Positions 11,063 through 20,952 of a DNA stretch of 64,000 nt are shown here, piece after piece. The notes under the pieces are model-generated. The model was not told where the DNA came from. It saw only the letters and a program-made list of their open reading frames with translations, and made no database searches. Position 1 is the first letter of the stretch; each line of letters opens with the position of its first letter. The stretch covers positions 128,001 to 192,000 of the forward strand of contig BK006946.2 of assembly GCA_000146045.2 (NCBI GenBank), given 5' to 3'. The translations under genes and the position numbers were made by a program. The DNA is from TPA_inf: Saccharomyces. Lineage: Eukaryota.

Positions 11063-12214
11063 CTACCTATCTAAAATACCCTTAGTTTTATCATCTGGCT
11101 GATAACGCAAGGACCACTTAGGTCCCATGATGGTGATAAGAGCCATATCCAGTAGTGTGAAAATCCACGAAGCACAGTAGACCAAAAATGAGCAGATTGC
11201 CACTAATCTGACCAAAAACTGTATAAAGCTTAAACGAACATCAGAAACTACTATGGATAATGGTTCGAAATTGTATTTGAAGAAGATGCCCGGCATTTTA
11301 TCACCTTTAGCAGCGACATCTTTGTACAAATAGCGGTAATCGTTAACAGAATATTGATTAGTATCCACTTCTGCCCCCAATTTCTTGAAAAGAGTGGGCA
11401 CAACAGATGTGTAATAGACGTAAGTAGTTAAAGGTTCATCCTGATTAAACTGTGCAGTGTTATCCAATGGGTTATCAATATATGGATAGAAATCACCAAA
11501 AGAGAACTCATTAATAACATGATTAAATTTTAATTCTTCCAGTGGTGCTTTGCGTGAAGCCACGTAACCTAAACTCTTCGCTGTAATCTGCAATTCGCCA
11601 CTAACTCTATTTACCGGAATGGACCCAAATACATGGCACCCATTGAATTCCGGAAGATGTGCCTTGTTAGGATCACTTTCATCAAAAAATGACCTAGTAT
11701 CTAGTTTTTCTCTAAATTCTGCTGGGATAGCTTCCCCTAAGATTTCATCCAATTCCGGCGTAATAATTTCATTGATATCATTGACTTTTGTGTCATAAGG
11801 AATAAAGAATGGCATCTCTTCCAATTGCAATTCCTCTAATACAAGTTTCCGATCCATTGTTTGGTCTCTGACGTTGATTTGCAACCAATCACATTTCGTG
11901 TTGACGTATATATCCATATTAATTTGAACGGTATCTCTAACTTGACTGTCCACTACGTACTGCTGGTCAATATAACCACCGAAGTATTCACCAAACTCGG
12001 TCCATGCTATAAACAACAGAAACAGATATGTCAACAAAGATGTTAAGCCACCCTTGGTGGATTTCTTCTTGTACTGTTCTTCAGTTTTTGCTGTAAAGTT
12101 AAATTTCCATTGTTAGTGAAAAAGCAAAAGCAAAAATAAAATATGCTGAAGCGGGCTACTTCAGAAAAATCCATATAACATACGAAACGCATCAAATGTC
12201 TTCAATCCTGCCAT
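11063..12214 (-). CDS. ERV41: ER-vesicle protein Erv41, spliced. Exon 1 is 12184..12214 (MAGLKTFDAF + 1 nt), the intron is 12091..12183 (93 nt) and exon 2 is 11063..12090. Total 352 aa.
   Basis: Minus-strand ATG at 12214, GTATGT 5' splice site at 12183-12178, CACTAAC branch point at about 12118-12112, and a 3' TTTACAG ending at 12091. The frame joins the 324-aa track ORF, whose reported start is a TTG. Confidence 0.85.
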
Positions 12215-12423
12215 TATATACTCCTGAAGTCTCTGCCTGTACGTTACAGCAAAAGCATTTTGGAGGAACGCTTTTCTCAGTAAGAATAGAACATTGATAA
12301 TATCTTTTCAAAGCCTTGACCGAGCGGGAAAAAAGGACGTTATGCAAAAATACTTAATATACTGAAAGGCTGTGTATATGTTTACATATTTACTGTCATT
12401 TGAAAAAAAAGTTCTGTGGTGAA

Positions 12424-13533
12424 TTACTTCTCCATCAAGTCTGGAGAAGGGGAGTTAGATGTGTCTTCTGTATACTTATCAGACTTTTTGGGCTTAGCTT
12501 TGTAATGATTTGCTGCAAGAAATGCGAGTACCAATAGGACCCACTGGATGGCATACCTGGCGAGCCCCATAATGAACCCACTTCCCACGTTTACTTTTAA
12601 CAGTTCCCAGCCTGTAGTGTGTACAGCAGCGTTGTCAGATCCTACGTCTGTTACCTCTTCAGGTTCTAATGTTTTCAGTGCAATCAAATATACGATGTTA
12701 CATAATATTGTCAATGTAGCAATAACAACTAATATTGAACTTGATGACTTCAAAAGCATAGGAAATAAGCGGTGTCGTTTCCCAACACTAAGTGCTCCCC
12801 CAAAGGCTGACACTACGCAGATACTGAGGAATCCGACTATTATTTCCAACACTGCAAAGTAAAAAACCATGCCGTTGAACATCATCAGTATAAATGCCAG
12901 GTTGACGCCTTTCAGATAGTTTTTTGTTGGTGACACGCCTTTTACATTTGGATCAGGACTGCCAATCAAAGCCTTTGATAGGGCATTTCCTGTGTGCTTG
13001 TCGTGTTTCAAAAAATCACGAATAGATGTCAATGCCAAACGGTAGGTCAATACGAGAGAGTCTCCGAATTTTTTGGTTTCATTCGATCGTGTAGTGGAAA
13101 TGTTACCTAATTGAATCCCGACGTCTCTGACAAGTACTTCAAGTACGTCCATGCCATAATTCTCATTAGAGGTACAATAAACTTTGCTTTTATTACTCCG
13201 TTTACAAAATCCAAAATAATTGAGCTCAAAAACCTTATCAGGCTGAAATGTGTCCACCAAATTTTCATCCTCATACACACTTGGATCAGTGAATTCATTC
13301 GACCAACCCATGTCAATTGTCAGGTACGAAATCAATCGCAGAAATTCTCTTACACTTGCAATAAACTCATTTGCAGTACTGGATCCTCCAATCACAGTTA
13401 TAGTAAACTGTGGAGCGCATAACCTAAGTCCCTTAGAGTTCGTACATGTTGTGGCTGGCAGGTAGAGGACAAATTGTGATAAACTTAAAATCAATAGAAC
13501 ACCCCACACAATCAGACGTTTAGGGAATAACAT
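12424..13533 (-). CDS. SMA2: Spore membrane assembly protein, 369 aa, multi-pass membrane protein
   Basis: ORF track; hydrophobic segments; size and position between ERV41 and ORC1 match YML066C. Confidence 0.75.
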   Translation of the reverse strand: MLFPKRLIVWGVLLILSLSQFVLYLPATTCTNSKGLRLCAPQFTITVIGGSSTANEFIASVREFLRLISYLTIDMGWSNEFTDPSVYEDENLVDTFQPDKVFELNYFGFCKRSNKSKVYCTSNENYGMDVLEVLVRDVGIQLGNISTTRSNETKKFGDSLVLTYRLALTSIRDFLKHDKHTGNALSKALIGSPDPNVKGVSPTKNYLKGVNLAFILMMFNGMVFYFAVLEIIVGFLSICVVSAFGGALSVGKRHRLFPMLLKSSSSILVVIATLTILCNIVYLIALKTLEPEEVTDVGSDNAAVHTTGWELLKVNVGSGFIMGLARYAIQWVLLVLAFLAANHYKAKPKKSDKYTEDTSNSPSPDLMEK

Positions 13534-14209
13534 GCTCGCCCTTTTATATTATGACAGAAAGAATATATATATTCATATATAACATGCTTCTATTTATTAG
13601 TTTTATCTTTTAATTGATGGATGTGTCCATAGAATTTAAGTAAGTGCATGGTATGGAGTGTATAATGGTTTATAATTTCCCCTAAGATGACACAAAAAAA
13701 TGTTCTCCCAAAAATTTACCAAGAAAAAAAATTAAGAATACTACACAATTGATGCTTGGGTTATTTTAAATATCCGGTACATTCTATTACAAATATGTTT
13801 GTACAATGTAAGCCCCTTCATAATGGTCAGTATTAAGATAAGGACTGCTATGGGGCATTTTTTGTCTTACTGGGTATCACAGGATAATAACTTGGCGCCA
13901 AATTAGAAAAGATATAAACCTCAAATATTTGAAATTCTTTGGTGACCTGTCTCATCGTTATATCAACAAATATTGCACCAACGAACACCACTACATATGT
14001 AACTACTCTCTTCCTCGACTTATTTTTTATTAACGTTGACACGGCCAGATCGAAAATCATAGAAAAACAACAACATTGAGAAGAGATGAAGTTGCGCAAA
14101 GGGAAAGAAAACTGCATAGGCGGCAAATTCAGCCTAAAAGTTTCCAGAAGCAGGAACTCATTCCCTATTGATTAATACTCATTACAAAAACCACAATAGA
14201 GTAGATAAG

Positions 14210-16954
14210 ATGGCAAAAACGTTGAAGGATTTACAGGGTTGGGAGATAATAACAACTGATGAGCAGGGAAATATAATCGATGGAGGTCAGAAGAGATTAC
14301 GCCGAAGAGGTGCAAAAACTGAACATTACTTAAAGAGAAGTTCTGATGGAATTAAACTAGGTCGTGGTGATAGTGTAGTCATGCACAACGAAGCCGCTGG
14401 GACTTACTCCGTTTATATGATCCAGGAGTTGAGACTTAATACATTAAATAATGTTGTCGAACTCTGGGCTCTCACCTATTTACGATGGTTTGAAGTCAAT
14501 CCTTTAGCTCATTATAGGCAGTTTAATCCTGACGCTAACATTTTGAATCGTCCTTTAAATTATTACAATAAACTGTTTTCTGAAACTGCAAATAAAAATG
14601 AACTGTATCTCACTGCAGAATTAGCCGAATTGCAGCTATTTAACTTTATCAGGGTTGCCAACGTAATGGATGGAAGCAAATGGGAAGTATTGAAAGGAAA
14701 TGTCGATCCAGAAAGAGACTTTACAGTTCGTTATATTTGTGAGCCGACTGGGGAGAAATTTGTGGACATTAATATTGAGGATGTCAAAGCTTACATAAAG
14801 AAAGTGGAGCCAAGGGAAGCCCAGGAATATTTGAAAGATTTAACACTTCCATCAAAGAAGAAAGAGATCAAAAGAGGTCCTCAAAAGAAAGATAAGGCTA
14901 CTCAAACGGCACAAATTTCAGACGCAGAAACAAGAGCTACAGATATAACGGATAATGAGGACGGTAATGAAGATGAATCATCTGATTATGAAAGTCCGTC
15001 AGATATCGACGTTAGCGAGGATATGGACAGCGGTGAAATATCCGCAGATGAGCTTGAGGAAGAAGAAGACGAAGAAGAAGACGAAGACGAAGAAGAGAAA
15101 GAAGCTAGGCATACAAATTCACCAAGGAAAAGAGGCCGTAAGATAAAACTAGGTAAAGATGATATTGACGCTTCTGTACAACCTCCCCCCAAAAAAAGAG
15201 GTCGTAAACCTAAAGATCCTAGTAAACCGCGTCAGATGCTATTGATATCTTCATGCCGTGCAAATAATACTCCTGTGATTAGGAAATTTACAAAAAAGAA
15301 TGTTGCTAGGGCGAAAAAGAAATATACCCCGTTTTCGAAAAGATTTAAATCTATAGCTGCAATACCAGATTTAACTTCATTACCTGAATTTTACGGAAAT
15401 TCTTCGGAATTGATGGCATCAAGGTTTGAAAACAAATTAAAAACAACCCAAAAGCATCAGATTGTAGAAACAATTTTTTCTAAAGTCAAAAAACAGTTGA
15501 ACTCTTCGTATGTCAAAGAAGAAATATTGAAGTCTGCAAATTTCCAAGATTATTTACCGGCTAGGGAGAATGAATTCGCCTCAATTTATTTAAGTGCATA
15601 TAGTGCCATTGAGTCCGACTCCGCTACTACTATATACGTGGCTGGTACGCCTGGTGTAGGGAAAACTTTAACCGTAAGGGAAGTCGTAAAGGAACTACTA
15701 TCGTCTTCTGCACAACGAGAAATACCAGACTTTCTTTATGTGGAAATAAATGGATTGAAAATGGTAAAACCCACAGACTGTTACGAAACTTTATGGAACA
15801 AAGTGTCAGGAGAAAGGTTAACATGGGCAGCTTCAATGGAGTCACTAGAGTTTTACTTTAAAAGAGTTCCAAAAAATAAGAAGAAAACCATTGTAGTCTT
15901 GTTGGACGAACTCGATGCCATGGTAACGAAATCTCAAGATATTATGTACAATTTTTTCAATTGGACTACTTACGAAAATGCCAAACTTATTGTCATTGCA
16001 GTAGCCAATACAATGGACTTACCAGAACGTCAGCTAGGCAATAAGATTACTTCAAGAATTGGGTTTACCAGAATTATGTTCACTGGGTATACGCACGAAG
16101 AGCTAAAAAATATCATTGATTTAAGACTGAAGGGGTTGAACGACTCATTTTTCTATGTTGATACAAAAACTGGCAATGCTATTTTGATTGATGCGGCTGG
16201 AAACGACACTACAGTTAAGCAAACGTTGCCTGAAGACGTGAGGAAAGTTCGCTTAAGAATGAGTGCTGATGCCATTGAAATAGCTTCGAGAAAAGTAGCA
16301 AGTGTTAGTGGTGATGCAAGAAGAGCATTGAAGGTTTGTAAAAGAGCAGCTGAAATTGCTGAAAAACACTATATGGCTAAGCATGGTTATGGATATGATG
16401 GAAAGACGGTTATTGAAGATGAAAATGAGGAGCAAATATACGATGATGAAGACAAGGATCTTATTGAAAGTAACAAAGCCAAAGACGATAATGATGACGA
16501 TGATGACAATGATGGGGTACAAACAGTTCACATCACGCACGTTATGAAAGCCTTAAACGAAACTTTAAATTCTCATGTAATTACGTTTATGACGCGACTT
16601 TCATTTACAGCAAAACTGTTTATTTATGCATTATTAAACTTGATGAAAAAGAACGGATCTCAAGAGCAAGAACTGGGCGATATTGTCGATGAAATCAAGT
16701 TACTTATTGAAGTAAATGGCAGTAATAAGTTTGTCATGGAGATAGCCAAAACATTGTTCCAACAGGGAAGTGATAATATTTCTGAACAATTGAGAATTAT
16801 ATCATGGGATTTCGTTCTCAATCAGTTACTTGACGCGGGAATATTGTTTAAACAAACTATGAAGAACGATAGAATATGTTGTGTCAAGCTAAATATATCA
16901 GTAGAAGAAGCCAAAAGAGCCATGAATGAGGATGAGACATTGAGAAATTTATAG
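14210..16954 (+). CDS. ORC1: Origin recognition complex subunit 1, 914 aa from the first ATG (MAKTLKDLQGWEII...). It has BAH-domain-like N-terminal sequence, acidic D/E runs, and AAA+ Walker A GTPGVGKT and Walker B VVLLDELD motifs.
   Basis: The track ORF of 928 aa starts at an upstream TTG; the first ATG is 14 codons in. Start placed at 14210 to stay in frame with the track ORF (14168..16954). My hand count of the printed line puts the ATG one base earlier. Confidence 0.9.
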   Translation: MAKTLKDLQGWEIITTDEQGNIIDGGQKRLRRRGAKTEHYLKRSSDGIKLGRGDSVVMHNEAAGTYSVYMIQELRLNTLNNVVELWALTYLRWFEVNPLAHYRQFNPDANILNRPLNYYNKLFSETANKNELYLTAELAELQLFNFIRVANVMDGSKWEVLKGNVDPERDFTVRYICEPTGEKFVDINIEDVKAYIKKVEPREAQEYLKDLTLPSKKKEIKRGPQKKDKATQTAQISDAETRATDITDNEDGNEDESSDYESPSDIDVSEDMDSGEISADELEEEEDEEEDEDEEEKEARHTNSPRKRGRKIKLGKDDIDASVQPPPKKRGRKPKDPSKPRQMLLISSCRANNTPVIRKFTKKNVARAKKKYTPFSKRFKSIAAIPDLTSLPEFYGNSSELMASRFENKLKTTQKHQIVETIFSKVKKQLNSSYVKEEILKSANFQDYLPARENEFASIYLSAYSAIESDSATTIYVAGTPGVGKTLTVREVVKELLSSSAQREIPDFLYVEINGLKMVKPTDCYETLWNKVSGERLTWAASMESLEFYFKRVPKNKKKTIVVLLDELDAMVTKSQDIMYNFFNWTTYENAKLIVIAVANTMDLPERQLGNKITSRIGFTRIMFTGYTHEELKNIIDLRLKGLNDSFFYVDTKTGNAILIDAAGNDTTVKQTLPEDVRKVRLRMSADAIEIASRKVASVSGDARRALKVCKRAAEIAEKHYMAKHGYGYDGKTVIEDENEEQIYDDEDKDLIESNKAKDDNDDDDDNDGVQTVHITHVMKALNETLNSHVITFMTRLSFTAKLFIYALLNLMKKNGSQEQELGDIVDEIKLLIEVNGSNKFVMEIAKTLFQQGSDNISEQLRIISWDFVLNQLLDAGILFKQTMKNDRICCVKLNISVEEAKRAMNEDETLRNL

Positions 16955-17138
16955 ATTCGGTTTTTATTATTCATGACCTAGCATACACATACATATACCT
17001 ACATAGTAGCGCATTTATCCAAAACATACGATATTGTGGATGTACATACCTTCTATATCTCCTTAAAGCTATTGTGTAGCTTGATTTAAAATATGCTAAC
17101 GCCAACTCTCACATGGTAGCAGGCGGGTATAGTTGTTT

Positions 17139-17876
17139 TCATGTATTAACGCCCGGCGATGGTGCCTTAGATGAGGGCGACGAGGAGGGCTTCCTGATAT
17201 TATGGCTCTTTCTATCCTGACTTTTGTTATGATGTCGATGTTGCTGGCCACCTAGGTGCTTATATATCAAAAGAGGATCGCCGATTTCATTGATTTCTGG
17301 GATGGTTAATGTCAAATTAAAGATCTTTGCCAGTGCAATTTTGAAAATTTTTTGAATGTTTATAGATTTGGCAGTAGAGCAGAATATAAGAGGAGCATTC
17401 ATGACCTGTGCATACTTCATACTCGTTCTCGAGATTTGTTCCTGATATTCCGGGTCTAAGTCTATTAGTAAATCGTACTTTGTGCCCACCAAAATAGGAA
17501 TTGCCGAATCATTTAGCCCGTACGCCTGCCTATACCACTCCTTTATTGAACTCAACGTCTCTGGACGTGTCAGGTCAAACAGAAATATGATCACTGAAGA
17601 CCCTACCGTCGCAATTGGGAGCATGTTGATGAATTCTCTTTGTCCGCCTAAATCCATTATAGAAAATATAATATCCGTGGAGCGTATGCTTACTTTTCTT
17701 TTCAAAAAGTTCACTCCCAGCGTCTGTGTGTATTCCTTATCGTATATGTTCTGTACGTACTTCACCATCAGCGATGTTTTCCCTACTTGTGCATCCCCTA
17801 CTAATCCAACCTGAACTTCAACCTGATTTCGTACCGCAGGTATAGAATTGTTTGCTCCCGTGCTTGGTGTAGCCAT
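17139..17876 (-). CDS. TEM1: Ras-like GTPase of the mitotic exit network, 245 aa (P-loop [14 protein letters not shown])
   Basis: ORF track; GTPase motifs; length 245 aa. Confidence 0.93.
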
Positions 17877-18083
17877 CTTAGCTTAACTCAATTTAATTTC
17901 TACAGCAAAATCCAAACGTAATATCTATATTTTTCTCGAAAAACTGAGGACAAGAGCCAATCAATCATCTATAATCCAATTTATATTATTTTTTCCCTTC
18001 TGGGTTCTTTTCTTCCTTTTCTTGTTTACCTTTTTTGCTTTTTCATAAAATAATTTCTCTAGATTTGAAGACAGCATTTTTGT

Positions 18084-18118
18084 ACATCCATACACCATAC
18101 ACCATACACCATAGCACC
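18084..18118. promoter_or_regulatory. Candidate Rap1 (RPG-box-like) sites in the RPS1B promoter: ACATCCATACAC followed by two ACACCATACACC repeats
   Basis: ACATCCATACAC fits the ACAYCCRTACAY RPG-box variant and lies about 390 bp upstream of the RPS1B ATG. The following C/A-rich repeats resemble Rap1 half-sites with one C missing. Confidence 0.4.
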
Positions 18119-18481
18119 AGTACACTATATTTTTATGAATTTTACTAAGAATTATTCCTGCAGGAGCTCCACTGAAAAAAAAAGAGCAGCATGGATGTCC
18201 GGTAGAAGTGCTACTGAGTAAATGGGAAGGACGCGGTAGATCCAGTGTGGAATCAAGGTGGTGCCGGTGTGAAGCCGCCTCGGCCGGCTGGACTCTCCAG
18301 GCCGGAGTGATGATTGCCACGCTGAACGTAACACAGTTTCACAATACCAGTGTCCTCATTAGTGAGTTCCAATGTATAGTTAGTAGTGGTATTTTGATAT
18401 ATGTGAGTGGTAGCAGATTTGAACTTAGTTAGTTGTATTCGCCTTTGAGGAAACCAAGCAAAAAACCGATCTAGACTAATC

Positions 18482-19249
18482 ATGGCTGTTGGTAAGAATA
18501 AGAGACTATCCAGAGGTAAGAAGGGTTTGAAGAAGAAGGTCGTTGACCCATTTACCAGAAAGGAATGGTTCGATATTAAAGCCCCATCCACTTTTGAAAA
18601 CAGAAATGTTGGTAAGACTTTAGTTAACAAGTCCACTGGTTTGAAGAATGCTTCCGATGCTTTGAAGGGTAGAGTTGTCGAAGTTTGTTTGGCTGACTTG
18701 CAAGGTTCTGAAGACCATTCTTTCAGAAAGGTCAAGTTGAGAGTCGATGAAGTTCAAGGTAAGAACTTGTTGACCAACTTCCACGGTATGGACTTCACTA
18801 CCGACAAATTGAGATCAATGGTCAGAAAATGGCAAACTTTGATCGAAGCTAATGTTACCGTTAAGACTTCCGATGATTACGTTTTGAGAATCTTTGCTAT
18901 TGCCTTCACCAGAAAGCAAGCTAACCAAGTTAAGAGACACTCTTACGCTCAATCTTCCCACATCAGAGCTATCAGAAAAGTTATTTCTGAAATCTTGACC
19001 AGAGAAGTTCAAAACTCTACTTTGGCTCAATTGACCTCCAAATTGATTCCAGAAGTTATCAACAAGGAAATCGAAAATGCTACCAAGGACATCTTCCCAC
19101 TACAAAACATCCACGTTAGAAAGGTTAAGTTATTGAAACAACCAAAGTTCGACGTTGGTGCTTTGATGGCTTTGCATGGTGAAGGTTCCGGTGAAGAAAA
19201 GGGTAAGAAGGTTTCTGGTTTCAAGGATGAAGTCTTGGAAACTGTGTAA
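18482..19249 (+). CDS. RPS1B: 40S ribosomal protein S1 (eS1/S3a), 255 aa, intronless
   Basis: ORF track; begins [35 protein letters not shown]. High codon bias. Confidence 0.95.
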   Translation: MAVGKNKRLSRGKKGLKKKVVDPFTRKEWFDIKAPSTFENRNVGKTLVNKSTGLKNASDALKGRVVEVCLADLQGSEDHSFRKVKLRVDEVQGKNLLTNFHGMDFTTDKLRSMVRKWQTLIEANVTVKTSDDYVLRIFAIAFTRKQANQVKRHSYAQSSHIRAIRKVISEILTREVQNSTLAQLTSKLIPEVINKEIENATKDIFPLQNIHVRKVKLLKQPKFDVGALMALHGEGSGEEKGKKVSGFKDEVLETV

Positions 19250-19504
19250 ACAAAATAAATATAAATTATAAGATTTGACATGTACACAATTTATTAATAT
19301 GTTTTCTCTTTATTATTAATATAATTAATTATTACTAAAAAAAAGAAGGTGACGCACCATACAGAACTTGCTCTTTTGTCCAATACTGTCTTTTTATGGT
19401 TGTTATTTTTTACGTTACCGATTTCGGTTTCTATTGAACTGTAATAACTTGCCTATGTGTCTATATGCCTTTTCTATTTAGTAAGAGCTATGCATTATAC
19501 GTGG

Positions 19505-20683
19505 TCATTTTACTTCTTCAACAGAGGAAGACGCACTAAAATCGCTTGTAGTGCCTCCAAGTTTCCTGCTTGAGTGATCGCTATCTGCCTCCTCTGCGTC
19601 ATTAACCGCATCTGGCTCTTCTATCACTCCAGTTTCTTTGTCTGTTTCCTCATTATTACCCTGGCGACTATTATCTTCTTGTTGACTGCTTTCCCCATCA
19701 ACTTCATTATCCTCTTTTATATCCTCAACGTCTACTTCCATATCATCTTCCTCTTCATTTTCTTCATCCTCCTGATCGTCATATTCATGATCGCTTTCCT
19801 CTTTTTCGTCCACATTTTCTATAGTATTCACTTCCACCATTGATCTCTGCCTTTTAAACCTCTCTTTTCTTTCCTCATCTTCATCCGATTCATAATCTTC
19901 ATCAATGTTATCTCCTTCTGCCTCATTGAGCAGGCCATCTCTCTTCAGAAGTTCTTCTTTGAATATTGATGTGATCTTGCCAAATATTTCTGCATCTCTT
20001 AGCCACTTCTCTTTGTAAGACGATACCTCCTGCCTTACGTTTTCTATATCCGATTTCATTGAGGCGTTGATACTTTCTAACTCTTTTGGGCCCTTAGAGA
20101 AATCGTCATAAATACGATATCTCTCCTCTGAACTATCCTTTTTCAGGCCCGGATCAACTAGTTTGAGATAATTCTTTTCAATTAAAAACTTGACCAGATC
20201 AGTGCCAAGTTCTTTCTCCCATTCCGCACGTGTCACCACAAGGCTGGTACGGCCTTCTGACAAGCCTTCCACCTCTCTGTTAATTACTTGGACAGAATCG
20301 TAAAGACCTTGTAGTTTTCCAATACGTAAAAGCAACTTGCTATGGATGCTCTTTATATCAGGCAATTTATCTTTGAGATTTTCCAGCTTGGCCAATGTCT
20401 CCTGTTGGCATGTTTCCCAATTTTCGTCTGCTACTTTCTTTGTGTCAATTGATGACTGCAGATCCAAAAATCGAAGATGAGCACTTTCTTTTAGTTGGGA
20501 GATATTTTGCTCAGTAAGTTTTTCAATCTTGCTATCATCATTGGATAATGTGCCATTTATAATGCTTCCTGTCAGCTTGGTTACTTTTCCTAAGATGTCT
20601 AAATATTTATTGAATGGAGTATCTACTTCACTGTAGTGCACTTTGGTTCTAACTTGGTCTATTTGTTTTTGTGACAGAGGCAT
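19505..20683 (-). CDS. MFT1: THO complex subunit, 392 aa, acidic C-terminal tail
   Basis: ORF track; length and coiled-coil/acidic composition; synteny next to PIF1. Confidence 0.85.
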   Translation of the reverse strand: MPLSQKQIDQVRTKVHYSEVDTPFNKYLDILGKVTKLTGSIINGTLSNDDSKIEKLTEQNISQLKESAHLRFLDLQSSIDTKKVADENWETCQQETLAKLENLKDKLPDIKSIHSKLLLRIGKLQGLYDSVQVINREVEGLSEGRTSLVVTRAEWEKELGTDLVKFLIEKNYLKLVDPGLKKDSSEERYRIYDDFSKGPKELESINASMKSDIENVRQEVSSYKEKWLRDAEIFGKITSIFKEELLKRDGLLNEAEGDNIDEDYESDEDEERKERFKRQRSMVEVNTIENVDEKEESDHEYDDQEDEENEEEDDMEVDVEDIKEDNEVDGESSQQEDNSRQGNNEETDKETGVIEEPDAVNDAEEADSDHSSRKLGGTTSDFSASSSVEEVK

Positions 20684-20952
20684 TGTGAGTTAGTCTCCTT
20701 TGGCTTTAGTTCTTTGATTCCTTTTTTACAGCCAGTTGTTGTATTTTACTTTAATTTAGATAATGTTTCACTTTTTTCTATCGAAGGAGGTTCACCAAAA
20801 TAATAGAATGAACAAAGCGCAAGAAAGAAAGATAAAAAGGTGTCAAAGAACCAATATCAAAATAAATACAGATAAAACCGCGGAACTATGTATCTCGGCC
20901 TTGATTATTATAGCAGTTTGTATTCTATATAACTATGTGTATTAATATGTAC

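Noticed and set aside
14881-14881. Apparent single-base frame inconsistency in ORC1 when the printed lines are translated by hand: the ATG counts to 14209, and an extra T seems to precede CAAAAGAAAGAT at 14881
   Set aside because: The ORF track gives one continuous 928-aa ORF (14168..16954) whose length is a multiple of three, and its protein reads straight through this point. This is most likely my counting or reading error, not a real frameshift. ORC1 coordinates were kept consistent with the track frame.
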